A stretch of DNA of 64,000 nt from an uncultured Erysipelotrichaceae bacterium (lineage in GTDB: Bacteria; Bacillota_I; Bacilli_A; RFN20; CAG-826): assembly GCA_902798595.1 (NCBI GenBank), contig CADBXE010000005.1, forward strand, positions 18,274 through 82,273, given 5' to 3'. Under the pieces are notes generated by a model. The model was not told the DNA's origin. It saw only the letters and a program-made list of their open reading frames with translations, and ran no database searches. Shown one piece after another: positions 45,823 to 56,194 of the stretch. Each line of letters begins with the position of its first letter. The stretch's first letter is position 1. Position numbers and translations under genes: made by a program.

Positions 45823-47685
45823 ATGGAAAATAATATCGCACTACAATTTGTTAATATTAGCAAATCATTCGGCAGTAAGATTGCTAATAAAAATGTTTCT
45901 CTCGATTTACGTAAAGGAGAGATTTTGGCTATTTTGGGCGAGAATGGTTCCGGTAAAACAACATTAATGAATGCCGCAATTGGCATTTACTATCCTGACG
46001 AAGGACAAATATTCGTTAATGGCGAAGAAGCCTCCATCCACTCACCAAAAGACGCTTATAACTACCACATTGGTATGATCCACCAACACTTCAAATTAGT
46101 GGATGTTTTTACCGCAAAAGAAAACGTTATTTTAGGTCTTTCTAAAGAAGATTACAAAAAACAAGAAGAAGCTACTAAAGCCAAACAAGATCTTAAATTA
46201 CAAAAGATTAGGGAAGAAGAAGGTAGAGAACCTACCAAAGAAGAACTTAAAAAATATAACAAGAGAATTAAAGATTCTAAGTCCTACAATCTTGAAGAAG
46301 CTAAGCGCAAAATTATTAAGATTTGTAAGAAATATGGCTTTGAAGTGGACCCTGATAAAAAGGTTTATGAAATGTCTGTTAGTGAAAAGCAGACTTTAGA
46401 AATCATTAAAGCTCTTTATAAGGGTGTCGATATTTTGATTCTTGATGAACCAACCGCCGTTTTAACACCACAAGAAACAAAGAAACTATTTAATGTTTTG
46501 AGAAATATGGCTTCCCAAGGTAAGTCCATTATTATCATTACTCATAAGCTAAACGAAGTTTTAGAAATTTCCGACAGAGTTTCCGTTTTAAGAAAAGGTG
46601 AATATGCTGGTACGGTCGTCACCAAAGACACAAATGAAAAAGAACTCACCGAATTAATGGTCGGTAGAAAAATTGAATTAAATATTAAACGTCCTGCTGT
46701 TAAAAACCCACACGATAGATTATTTATCGAAGGATTAACATACACAAATAGAGAAGGCGTGAAAGCATTAGACGATGTAAGTTTCGTTGCTAGAGGCGGC
46801 GAAATTCTTGGTATTGCTGGTATCGCATGTAACGGTCAAAGAGAATTATTAGAAGGTATTGCTGGTTTAGTCCACCTCGATAGTGGTGATATCGTTTTCC
46901 ACAATCCTAAAAAGAACAGACCTGTGACATTCTTCCATCACAACGTAAAGCAAATTAGAGAACTCGCTGAAAAGGGCGCTTTATATGACGATGACACAAA
47001 AGAAACACTAAATTTAAAAGGTGTTAGTACCAAGAAAATCAAAGAAATGGTACAAAAAGAAAAAATCATGTTCTATGAAGATGAAATCATAGATTTAAGA
47101 AATAAAAAGCCAATCGAAATTAGAAACTTAGGTATTAAGTTATCTTTCGTTCCTGAAGATAGATTAGGTATGGGCTTAGTGGGCAACATGAACATCATTG
47201 ATAACATGATGCTGAGAAGTTTTAGAAAAGGTCATTCCATTTTCTTAAATAGAAAGAAACCAAAATATTTAGCGGAAGAAATCGTTGATGAATTAGAAGT
47301 TGTTACTCCTAACTTAAAAACACCAGTGAGAAATCTTTCCGGTGGTAATATTCAAAAGTTGCTCGTTGGTAGAGAAATCTCTTCATCCCCTAAAGTTTTA
47401 ATGGTGGCTTATCCAGTGAGAGGCCTTGATATTAAGTCCTCCTACACTATTTACGATTTATTGAACGAGCAAAAAGAGAGAGGTACGGCAGTGGTTTTCG
47501 TCGGTGAAGACTTAGACGTGTTGCTCGCTTTAAGTGATAGAATTTTGGTTCTTTCTGGCGGTAAAGTCGCTGGTATTGTGGACGCGAGAAAGACCACAAA
47601 AGAAGAAATCGGTCTCTTAATGACCAAATCAATTGAAAAACAGGAGGTTTCTTACAATGTTAGCCAAGAAGATGAAGAAGAATGA
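45823..47685 (+). CDS. ABC transporter ATP-binding protein with two fused ATPase domains
   Basis: Walker A GENGSGKTT, Walker B ILILDEPT and a signature-like SVSEKQ in the first half. The second half has LSGGNIQK. Charged insertions extend it to 620 aa. Confidence 0.85.
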   Translation: MENNIALQFVNISKSFGSKIANKNVSLDLRKGEILAILGENGSGKTTLMNAAIGIYYPDEGQIFVNGEEASIHSPKDAYNYHIGMIHQHFKLVDVFTAKENVILGLSKEDYKKQEEATKAKQDLKLQKIREEEGREPTKEELKKYNKRIKDSKSYNLEEAKRKIIKICKKYGFEVDPDKKVYEMSVSEKQTLEIIKALYKGVDILILDEPTAVLTPQETKKLFNVLRNMASQGKSIIIITHKLNEVLEISDRVSVLRKGEYAGTVVTKDTNEKELTELMVGRKIELNIKRPAVKNPHDRLFIEGLTYTNREGVKALDDVSFVARGGEILGIAGIACNGQRELLEGIAGLVHLDSGDIVFHNPKKNRPVTFFHHNVKQIRELAEKGALYDDDTKETLNLKGVSTKKIKEMVQKEKIMFYEDEIIDLRNKKPIEIRNLGIKLSFVPEDRLGMGLVGNMNIIDNMMLRSFRKGHSIFLNRKKPKYLAEEIVDELEVVTPNLKTPVRNLSGGNIQKLLVGREISSSPKVLMVAYPVRGLDIKSSYTIYDLLNEQKERGTAVVFVGEDLDVLLALSDRILVLSGGKVAGIVDARKTTKEEIGLLMTKSIEKQEVSYNVSQEDEEE

Positions 47686-48952
47686 CATAAAAAGAGACCC
47701 CTTTATCCATCTCACTAGATTACCTGATCCAAAAGCTAGACACTATTGGTTCAGTAAACTCATTTCCGTTGTTATTGCTTTATTAATTTGCGCCCTCATC
47801 ACTAATGCGATGGCGCCAGGTAGTTTTGGTGATTTCTTTAAATACTTAGGTTTGGGCACTTTTAGTAGTAGCCTTCAAACCTTAAGAGTATTCCAAGACA
47901 CCGCAATCTTATTACTAATCGCTTTAGCGTTAACTCCAGCTTTCAAAATGAAATTCTGGAATATTGGTGCAGAAGGCCAAGTTTTAATCGGCGCATTAGG
48001 TGCCACTATTGCGATGAAGTTTTTAGCGGGTACGATGCCAAATGCCTTATTAATCTTTGTGTGTTTAGCACTCTCTATTTTATTCTCAATTATTTGGGCG
48101 GTTATTCCTGCTATATTTAAGGCGTTTTTCAATACCAATGAGACTCTTTTCACATTAATGATGAATTATTTAGCCAGTGGTTTAGTGGCATATTTCGTCT
48201 TTGTGTGGGTCCCAAACGGCAGTGCTGTTTTAGGCGTTATTAATCCAAACACACATGATGGTTGGTTACCAAAACTATTTGGCCAAGATTACCTAATCAA
48301 CATCATCACTGTTGTAATCATCACTGTCTTAATCTTTGTTTACTTAAAATATTCTAAACATGGTTATGAATTAACTGTTGTTGGTGAATCACAAAATACC
48401 GCAAGATACGTTGGTATCAATGTTAAAAAGACAATCATTAGAACATTAATCTTATCCGGTGCGGTATGTGGTTTAGTCGGTTTCTTATTAGTTAATGGCA
48501 CCAGCCATACATTAAACGCTGATTTAGTGAGTGGCCGTGGCTTTACTGGTATCTTAGTTGCCTGGTTAGGTCACTTCAATCCATTTGAAATGATTTTCAC
48601 CGCTTTCTTAGTGGCGTTCGTCACATTAGGTGGTAGTTACGCAGGTGATATTTTTAGATTCGGTACCGCTTATTCAAAAGTTTTAATCGGTATTTTCTTC
48701 TTTGTGTTTATCGCTAGCGAATTCTTCTTAAGATATAAGATGAATTTCTCCACAGAAGTACAAGCCTTCTTTAAGAAAATAGGTGACTTCTTCGCTAAAA
48801 TATTCGGACCTATCGGTAGGTTCTTTAAGAAAATATTCACTCCAGTAGGTAGATTCTTCAAAAAAATCTTTGCTCCTGTTGGAAGATTCTTTAAGAAATT
48901 GTTCAAGAAAAAAGACTCTCCAAAAGAAGAGCCAGTGAGTAAGGAGGAATAG
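47657..48952 (+). CDS. ABC transporter permease with a repetitive cationic C-terminal tail
   Basis: Polytopic BPD/BMP-type permease. Start set at ATG 47657 after a GGAGG RBS, overlapping the ATPase gene end. Confidence 0.75.
   Translation: MLAKKMKKNDIKRDPFIHLTRLPDPKARHYWFSKLISVVIALLICALITNAMAPGSFGDFFKYLGLGTFSSSLQTLRVFQDTAILLLIALALTPAFKMKFWNIGAEGQVLIGALGATIAMKFLAGTMPNALLIFVCLALSILFSIIWAVIPAIFKAFFNTNETLFTLMMNYLASGLVAYFVFVWVPNGSAVLGVINPNTHDGWLPKLFGQDYLINIITVVIITVLIFVYLKYSKHGYELTVVGESQNTARYVGINVKKTIIRTLILSGAVCGLVGFLLVNGTSHTLNADLVSGRGFTGILVAWLGHFNPFEMIFTAFLVAFVTLGGSYAGDIFRFGTAYSKVLIGIFFFVFIASEFFLRYKMNFSTEVQAFFKKIGDFFAKIFGPIGRFFKKIFTPVGRFFKKIFAPVGRFFKKLFKKKDSPKEEPVSKEE
48809..48907 (+). repeat. 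three in-frame 33-nt tandem repeats encoding P(I/V)GRFFKK(I/L)F..
   Basis: Units at 48809-41, 48842-74 and 48875-907 differ mainly at synonymous positions. A degenerate unit (FFKKIGDFFAKIFG) precedes them. Confidence 0.8.
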
Positions 48953-48954
48953 TT

Positions 48955-49926
48955 ATGTTTGTTGCATTTATTAGAAACGCGATTAGATTCTCAACCATCT
49001 TCTTATTCGGTTCCACAGGTGAAATCATTACTGAAAAAAGTGGCCACTTAAATATGGGCACCCCAGGTATTATGTGCTTGGGTGGTATTGGTGCGGTTCT
49101 TGGCGAAAGATTATATCTTTTAACCATCGCTAATGATGTGGATTTAATCAATCCATTCCTTTGTGTTTTATTCCCACTTATTATGACAATTATCTTCGGG
49201 GCGTTAGGTGGTTTATTCTTCTCTTTCTTAACTGTGACCTTAAGATGTAACCAAAACGTTGTTGGTTTAACATTAACCACATTCGGTGTTGGTTTAAACG
49301 CTTTTATCCTCGCCAGAGTTCCTAGAGGCGCTGGTTTTACATACGCTAGCGCGTACTTCTATAAATTATTCCCAGACACGGTTGTTAGTAGTACTGGTTG
49401 GTTTGGTGAGATATTCCTTGGTCATGGCTTCTTAGTTTATTTAGCCATTATCTTAGCGATTATCGCCACTATCGTGATTAAGAAAACAAACGTCGGTTTA
49501 TCATTAAGATCCATTGGCGAAAATCCAGCCACCGCTGATGCCGCTGGTTTAAATGTTAGCAAGTATCGTTATTTAGCCACAATGATTGGCGGTGCAATTG
49601 CAGCATTAGGCGGTTTGTTCTATATCATGGACTATCTTGGTGGCTCTGTTGAATACACTATTGATCGTTACGGATGGATGGCAGTTGCCTTAGTTATCTT
49701 TAGTGTTTGGAACCCATCATTCAGTATCTTTGGTTCATTATTATTTGGTGCTTTATACATCATGCCAAGCTTCTTAGATGGCTTAAGTTTTGCCGATAAA
49801 GAATTAATCAAATTAGTGCCATACGCTGTTACTATTTTGGTTTTAGTTGTCACTTCATTATTCAACCGAAAAGAAACTCAACCACCAGCAGCGTTAGGCT
49901 TAACGTACTTTAGAGAAGATAGATAA
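48955..49926 (+). CDS. ABC transporter permease
   Basis: Polytopic 323-aa protein immediately after the first permease, as in BMP-type nucleoside transporters. Confidence 0.75.
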   Translation: MFVAFIRNAIRFSTIFLFGSTGEIITEKSGHLNMGTPGIMCLGGIGAVLGERLYLLTIANDVDLINPFLCVLFPLIMTIIFGALGGLFFSFLTVTLRCNQNVVGLTLTTFGVGLNAFILARVPRGAGFTYASAYFYKLFPDTVVSSTGWFGEIFLGHGFLVYLAIILAIIATIVIKKTNVGLSLRSIGENPATADAAGLNVSKYRYLATMIGGAIAALGGLFYIMDYLGGSVEYTIDRYGWMAVALVIFSVWNPSFSIFGSLLFGALYIMPSFLDGLSFADKELIKLVPYAVTILVLVVTSLFNRKETQPPAALGLTYFREDR

Positions 49927-50041
49927 TTATCTAAAAATAAAAAGGGCGGTTGTTCATATTTACCGTCTTTTTTTGTTGCTTTCATGTAATAAAGCAAATA
50001 CCATGTTAAGCATAAAGTTTAATCTCAAGAAAGGAGAAGCT

Positions 50042-53023
50042 ATGAAAAGAATTATCAAAGCATTAGCACTTGGCGCGATGGTAATCGCTGCAGTAGCGGG
50101 TTGTAACCCAAAAGAGAACTCCACTACATCAGAGTCCACCATTCCAAGTAGCGATATCACTAGCAGTAGAAGTAGTGAAAACCCTATTACTTCCGATAGC
50201 TCATCCAGTAATATCACTAGCAGTAGTACATCGACATCAACTTCTATCGCTCCAACACTAACCGGTATTACATTAAATACCACAAACGTTAAAAAAGAAT
50301 ATTTACATGGCGATACTTTAGATTTAGTGGGTTTGGTTGTTATCGCAAAATATAGCGATAACACAAACGCTACAGTTAATAACTACACCACTAATCCTGC
50401 AAATGGATCAACATTAGATAGTATTGGACCAGTCAAGATTACAGTGAGTTATGAATCATTTACCGCTGATTTTGATGTTATTGTCAGTGCAAAAGTAACA
50501 GGCATTGAAATTGATACCAATAGCGTTAAAAAACAATATGAACAAGGTGAAGCCTTAGACCTCACCGGTTTAGTGGTCACAGCGAATTATTCCAATAGCA
50601 CTTCTAAAAATGTCAATGACTACACCACTAATCCTGAAAAAGGTACCGTGTTCAATGAAATCAAAGAAGAAACCATCACTGTTAGTTACGCTTCGTTCGA
50701 AAAAACATTCAAAGTAAATGTTGTTACACCTTCCAAAAAAGCGTGGACAGCAGATGAAGCAAAAATCATGTCTGATAACTTGCATGGTGTTGTTTTACCA
50801 TATACCGGCTCTGAAGAATCAGTGGTCATATTCGATGAAGAAGCAACCTCAGTCATTATTAGAGGTGGTGAAGCCACTAGTTCTTCATTAATGGCGTATG
50901 GTCTTCTTTTAACCGCTGATGGATTTAAAAGAGTCAATAACAGCGCTTATGTTTTTGAAAAGAGCGTACAAATTGAACAAGGTATTAGATTTGTTAGAGT
51001 CGGCTTCATATCAATGGAAGGTGTCTTCTATTTACAAGCCTATGACCCATATTTCTATGAATTCCCGGTGGCAGACGCTAAAGAATTAGCGGGAGCCTTT
51101 GACTCAGGTGTTATTATTCCATCAGTGAGCGCTACATATTTTGAAGTTGATTATGGCGAACTTGGTATTTTCTGTTATTCAGAAAACGCAAGCATTGCGA
51201 CGGAATATACTGCTTTATTAGAAACCGCTAATTGGGACATCAAAGAAGAATTAAATAAAGGCTACAAAGTAGCAATTTCTCCAGATGGTAAATATCTCAT
51301 TAACTACAAATACAATGAAGAATTATTAAGTTTAGACATCTACTTTGGTCCATTAAACTATTGGAACAAGAAAGTCGTTGAAGATTTCTTCAAAAAATAT
51401 AACGGCTATGTCGTTGATATTCCTGCCTTTACCGTTGAAGGTGCAGAATATGTTTTTGCAGAATCATATCTCAATGCAGAAGCTTATGCTCAAGGTGTCT
51501 ACGAGGCTATCCACGCATTTATGTATTTATATGGTGCTCAACCTAGTAATTTAGCGACATACGCTAATGTTTTAACAGAAGCAGGTTGGGATGTAGAAAC
51601 AAGTGGAGGTCATTACTACGCCTATCTCACCATTGCCAATAAAGGTGTCGCTAGAATTGAGTTCAACTATGAATCAAAAATTAACGCTATCTCAGTCACA
51701 ATTTACTTCTTATTAGATCCAATTCCAGAAGTTGAATGGCCTGCTAGTAAGATTGCGGAATATTTAGGTAAATATACTATCGATTCTATTCCAGCATTTA
51801 CCGCGGCAAATAAAGGCTTTGTCATGTTGGACGATATGTTTGGTACCGCTGTAATGGTAAAAGTTGAAAGAGGTACTGAAGCCGCAGCGGTTGAAGCTTA
51901 TAGAGAAACATTACTTACCGCTAATTATAGGGTTACAGGTGATGAATCATTTGCTTCTCCAAGTAATGAAATTGCTGTTAGTGTCTATTCTGCTGAAGGT
52001 GGTTCAATCACCATTGCTTTCCGCAAGACTGGATATTTAAATGTCTTCCCTGTTCAATTCCTTAGAGAATTCTATAACACGAAAGACACAATTCCTTCAG
52101 AACAATACGCGAGTAGTTATGTCTTTAAAATCACAGGGGAACGTAGTGTACAAATCACTTGTACCTTCTCTTCAAATGAAGCGAGAAATGATGCAAAAGC
52201 AAAATACACTGTTTTGCTCGGACAAGCAGGATATACAGGAAACGAAGGAAGCGGATTCGTTTCTCCAAGCGAAGATCTTTTAATCCGCTACACCAGTGAA
52301 GATAACAAGCTTTGTATCGCTTTTGAAGGCGAACCAAAGAACGACTTTAACTCTTTATGGCCAACTAATAAGATTGCTAGTTTGTTCGCTAATAAAGGTT
52401 ATACAGACCCACTTCCATCATACGATAAGGTCTGCGATATCATCACTGCTGATGATTATTATGATGGTAACATCTACATCACGATTGAAACAGGTAACGC
52501 AAGCAGCGTTGCTTCCGAGTATATCAATTCATTAGTGAAAGCCAAATTCACTTATAACTATGGTCAATCCATCGTCAGTAACACTGATGTTTATGATTCA
52601 CCAAACAAACAATACTATGTTGAAGTATCCACAAACCGCTTTGGTGTTCAACTCAAAGTTGTTAGTCTTGGTGGTGGTAGTCAAGGTGAAAATGAATTCC
52701 CAATGGATAAAATTGTTGAAGACTTCCCAACTGCTGATGGAGTTCTTCCAACAATCAATGCTGAAGGTGCAACATTTAAATACGAAGATCCATATACTGG
52801 TGAAGCAACATTAACTGTTACCTTCTCATCCGGAGAAGCTGCAACAGCAGCCTACAATGCATACATTGAAGCGTTAACCACAGCGTTATTCACTCACGAA
52901 ACAGTTTGGGGCATGGATGTTTATGTTTCCCCAGATAGAAAGTTTATGATTGAATTCGACGTTGATGACCTCAATCAAGGTTCCTTCGAAATGTGTTTCA
53001 TGGATACCGGTGGAATGATTTAA
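50042..53023 (+). CDS. large surface lipoprotein: Ser/Thr linker, 2 Big_3-like Ig domains, ~7 tandem ~100-aa modules (993 aa)
   Basis: Start at ATG 50042 (AAGGAG RBS), lipobox AVAG-C. Two units of the form APTLTGITLNT..VKKEY..G..LDL.GLVV.A.YS match the Big_3 pattern. After them come repeated W/FP..KI....(I/L)P modules. Confidence 0.65.
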   Translation: MKRIIKALALGAMVIAAVAGCNPKENSTTSESTIPSSDITSSRSSENPITSDSSSSNITSSSTSTSTSIAPTLTGITLNTTNVKKEYLHGDTLDLVGLVVIAKYSDNTNATVNNYTTNPANGSTLDSIGPVKITVSYESFTADFDVIVSAKVTGIEIDTNSVKKQYEQGEALDLTGLVVTANYSNSTSKNVNDYTTNPEKGTVFNEIKEETITVSYASFEKTFKVNVVTPSKKAWTADEAKIMSDNLHGVVLPYTGSEESVVIFDEEATSVIIRGGEATSSSLMAYGLLLTADGFKRVNNSAYVFEKSVQIEQGIRFVRVGFISMEGVFYLQAYDPYFYEFPVADAKELAGAFDSGVIIPSVSATYFEVDYGELGIFCYSENASIATEYTALLETANWDIKEELNKGYKVAISPDGKYLINYKYNEELLSLDIYFGPLNYWNKKVVEDFFKKYNGYVVDIPAFTVEGAEYVFAESYLNAEAYAQGVYEAIHAFMYLYGAQPSNLATYANVLTEAGWDVETSGGHYYAYLTIANKGVARIEFNYESKINAISVTIYFLLDPIPEVEWPASKIAEYLGKYTIDSIPAFTAANKGFVMLDDMFGTAVMVKVERGTEAAAVEAYRETLLTANYRVTGDESFASPSNEIAVSVYSAEGGSITIAFRKTGYLNVFPVQFLREFYNTKDTIPSEQYASSYVFKITGERSVQITCTFSSNEARNDAKAKYTVLLGQAGYTGNEGSGFVSPSEDLLIRYTSEDNKLCIAFEGEPKNDFNSLWPTNKIASLFANKGYTDPLPSYDKVCDIITADDYYDGNIYITIETGNASSVASEYINSLVKAKFTYNYGQSIVSNTDVYDSPNKQYYVEVSTNRFGVQLKVVSLGGGSQGENEFPMDKIVEDFPTADGVLPTINAEGATFKYEDPYTGEATLTVTFSSGEAATAAYNAYIEALTTALFTHETVWGMDVYVSPDRKFMIEFDVDDLNQGSFEMCFMDTGGMI

Positions 53024-53143
53024 AGGCAAAAAATATTAAAGGCTTACCGTTTGGTAAGCTTTTTTTATGCTTATGTATTGTTTTTTTAACTAAAAACAAA
53101 TAACATGGTAGACATGCGTTTACTATCAAGAAAGGAAAAAAAT

Positions 53144-56100
53144 ATGAAAAAACTCATCAAATCATTACTCCTTGGTGCGGTGGTCATTGGTACAGCGGTC
53201 GGTTGTAACTTCAACCATTCCCATAGCAACACCCAAGCCCCATCTTCAACAAGTAGTAATTCAAGTTCTGCTTCAGAAAGCATTACCTCAAGTATTGCTT
53301 CTTCAAGTAGTTCATCTAGCATTACATCATCTAGTAGTTCTTCTTCATCAAGTATCTCATCTAGCAGTACTTCAAGTAGTTCTACATCCATTGCTCCAAC
53401 ATTAACTGGCATTGCATTGAATGCGGATAACGTTAAAAAAGCCTATAACTATGGCGATAAGTTAGATCTTACCGGTTTAGTGGTTACCGCGAAATATAGC
53501 GATAACACCACTGTCGCAGTGACTGACTACACCACTTACCCTGCTAACGATGCGACATTAATTCAGCTTGGTGAAGTTTCAGTGAGAGTTGATTATCAAA
53601 ACTTCAGTGAATCTTTCACAATTACTGTTGCCAAAGTTTTAACCGGTATTACATTAAATACCAACAACGTTAAGAAAGAATATTACGTTGGTGAATCATT
53701 AGACTTAACTGGTTTAGTGGTCACTGCTAAATATAACGATTATTCAAACGCTCCAGTTAATGATTACACATCTAATCCTGTTAATGGTGCAACTTTTAAC
53801 GAAATTGGCAAGCAAACAATCACCATTGCATACCAAGAAAAGACCGCTACCTTCGAAGTCAATGTCAACAAGCCTATTAAAGCGGCATGGACTGAAGAAG
53901 AAGCCAAAATCATGTCCGATAATTTACATGGTGTTGTCTTACCATACTCAGGTTTTGAAGAATCAGTTGTTACCTATGACGCTGAAAAAGAATCAGTATT
54001 TATCAAAGGTGGTACATTAGCCACAGACTCATTAGCCAACTACGCTACCGCGATGATTAACGCTGGTTTCGAAAGAGTTAATGATGCAGCATATGTTTTC
54101 GAAAAATCTGTTGCTGCTACAGAAGGTACTAGATACGTAAGAGTGGGCTTCAAGAATGACGAAGGTCAGTTCTTCTTACAAGCATTAGACCCATACTATT
54201 ATGAATTCCCAACATTCTTCGCTGAAAATTTCGCTTCTCAATACATTGGTAGTGAAGATGTCGCTCCAGCCTTACCAGGTGCTGATTATTACGATGTTAA
54301 TTCTCAATATAGAGTTATCATGTGCTATATGGAATGCACTACTGAAGATGGCGGTTATTCCGATATCTTAAGAACAGCTGGTTGGAGAGTCCAAGAAGAA
54401 AAAGACAGTTACGGTTATTTTGTTGCTGTTTCTCCAGATTATTCATATCAAGTGAGTTATCTCTATCAACCAGCAGCAAAAAGAGTGGCTATTTACTTTG
54501 AATTAATTGGCAAATGGCAAACAAGCTTCTTTACCGAATTCTTCACAGAATATTCACCATGTGTCATTGATGTCCCAGTGTTCGAAGGAAAAGAAGTTAC
54601 ATATTTATATATGATTTCTGGCACCACCGCGATGGTATCCGTTAACGGCGCTACAAATGCTGAAGTTGTTGCCTACGCTACTAAAGTTGAACAAGCTGGT
54701 TGGGATGTTAACTGCAATAATGACATTTATAAAGCCAAATTAACAATCGCCAATGTCGGTGTTGCTAATATGACTTTCTACTATAACGCTCAATATGGTT
54801 CAGCTATCTTAATGGTTTATGGAATCTTTGATCCATTACCAGTTGCACAATTCCCAAGCGAAGAAGTCGCCAGAATTTTAGGTGAAGATATCACCGATGT
54901 CGTCCCAGTCTATCAAGGCGAAGCAACAGGTTACACAATTGTTAAAGAAGGCTCAAATAACGTTATTAAAATTGCTGTTGAAAAAGGCACAGAAAAAGGC
55001 TGCGCTGCCGCCTATCTTGAATACATTCAAACTCAAGGCTACGCGTTAGAAGAAGGCTATAGCACAATCTATGTGTCTGCAAACAAACAAATCTATATCC
55101 AATCCAATGGTATTAATAACAGTGGCGAATTCACCATCACTTTCAGACCTGTCCCATATACCATCAGCTGGCCAACTAAAAAAATCGCTAGATTCTTAGG
55201 TAATGATATTGATACTGTCATTCCTGCTTTAGATGATGACAGAATCGCTCTATTCGAATTAGATGAAGACAATGATGGTTTATGGATTAAACCAGAATTT
55301 AAAGAAGATGCTGATTATGATATCGACGAAGTTCTTAACGACTATATCAAAGTCTTAGAAGAAAATAAATTCTTTGTCATGTTAACAGATGAAGATGGCA
55401 CACCATACTATGTCTCTCCAGACTTAAAAGTTGTTGTTATCCCATTTGTTCAAGATGGAGATTTATATATTCTTATCAACACCGTTGCCGCTTTAACATA
55501 TGGTCAATGGCCAGAATATCACCTCGCTTATTTCTTAGAAAAGCATGGCTATACAGATAAACTTCCAGCCTATGAAGGTGAATTCGTTTCCGCAAACGCA
55601 GAAGTTCGTTTAAGTTCTTTAAAGATTGATGTTGTTTTAGAAACAGAAGACGCTGAAGAAATCAAAGCAGAAGCTGATGGTTACGCCGCTTTATTAGTGG
55701 AAGAAGGTTTCAAACTCTTTGAAGAGATGGGTGAAAACGGTCAATGCAGAAGATACTACTCACCAAACAAACAATATGAAGTTTCTGTGATGTATCAACC
55801 AAATGGCTTCACTGTTCAAATTGATGAAATCGCTAACGAGCATCAAGCAACCACCACTTTCCCAACTGAAAACCTTTATGCAGAACACCCAGAACTTGAA
55901 GGCGTTCTTCCAGTCGTCGTGGATGGAGAAGCAACATTCAGCACTCAAATTCAAAGTGATTATATTGAAATCTTCGTGATGTATGAAGACACATCCTTAA
56001 TCGCTGGTGCACAAGCAGCTTATGAAGAATCTTTGTTAAAAGCGGGATTCACCGCGCAAGAAGACACATATGGCTATGAACTCGTCTATTTATCACCAGA

Positions 56101-56185
56101 TTATACATACTATGTTGCAGTCACTGACTGGTCAACTTACGAAACACCAGGATTCGATATTGAAATCTTCTACGACATCGCCTAA
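53144..56185 (+). CDS. large surface lipoprotein, paralog of 50042-53023 (1013 aa)
   Basis: Start at ATG 53144, lipobox TAVG-C, a ~50-aa poly-Ser linker, two Big_3-like units and a collinear module array. Confidence 0.65.
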   Translation: MKKLIKSLLLGAVVIGTAVGCNFNHSHSNTQAPSSTSSNSSSASESITSSIASSSSSSSITSSSSSSSSSISSSSTSSSSTSIAPTLTGIALNADNVKKAYNYGDKLDLTGLVVTAKYSDNTTVAVTDYTTYPANDATLIQLGEVSVRVDYQNFSESFTITVAKVLTGITLNTNNVKKEYYVGESLDLTGLVVTAKYNDYSNAPVNDYTSNPVNGATFNEIGKQTITIAYQEKTATFEVNVNKPIKAAWTEEEAKIMSDNLHGVVLPYSGFEESVVTYDAEKESVFIKGGTLATDSLANYATAMINAGFERVNDAAYVFEKSVAATEGTRYVRVGFKNDEGQFFLQALDPYYYEFPTFFAENFASQYIGSEDVAPALPGADYYDVNSQYRVIMCYMECTTEDGGYSDILRTAGWRVQEEKDSYGYFVAVSPDYSYQVSYLYQPAAKRVAIYFELIGKWQTSFFTEFFTEYSPCVIDVPVFEGKEVTYLYMISGTTAMVSVNGATNAEVVAYATKVEQAGWDVNCNNDIYKAKLTIANVGVANMTFYYNAQYGSAILMVYGIFDPLPVAQFPSEEVARILGEDITDVVPVYQGEATGYTIVKEGSNNVIKIAVEKGTEKGCAAAYLEYIQTQGYALEEGYSTIYVSANKQIYIQSNGINNSGEFTITFRPVPYTISWPTKKIARFLGNDIDTVIPALDDDRIALFELDEDNDGLWIKPEFKEDADYDIDEVLNDYIKVLEENKFFVMLTDEDGTPYYVSPDLKVVVIPFVQDGDLYILINTVAALTYGQWPEYHLAYFLEKHGYTDKLPAYEGEFVSANAEVRLSSLKIDVVLETEDAEEIKAEADGYAALLVEEGFKLFEEMGENGQCRRYYSPNKQYEVSVMYQPNGFTVQIDEIANEHQATTTFPTENLYAEHPELEGVLPVVVDGEATFSTQIQSDYIEIFVMYEDTSLIAGAQAAYEESLLKAGFTAQEDTYGYELVYLSPDYTYYVAVTDWSTYETPGFDIEIFYDIA

Positions 56186-56194
56186 TTAAACATT

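Noticed and set aside
48809-48907. Regularly spaced 33-nt repeats that might look like a mini-CRISPR or a VNTR
   Set aside because: The units are directly adjacent with no spacers. They are in frame within the permease ORF and differ at synonymous sites, so this is a coding peptide repeat and not a CRISPR array.
49960-50364. 134-aa minus-strand ORF rich in Leu/Val/Asp/Glu; a similar 108-aa ORF lies at 53086-53412
   Set aside because: Both are antisense shadows of the Ser/Thr-rich linker regions of the two lipoprotein genes. The low-complexity AGT/TCA codons read as Leu/Glu-rich on the other strand. There is no RBS or independent support.
53240-53400. Poly-serine coding tract as a possible slipped-strand phase-variation site
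   Set aside because: The Ser codons are mixed (AGT, TCA, TCT, AGC) with no long perfect mono-, di- or trinucleotide run, so slippage-based switching is unlikely. I treat it as a flexible linker.
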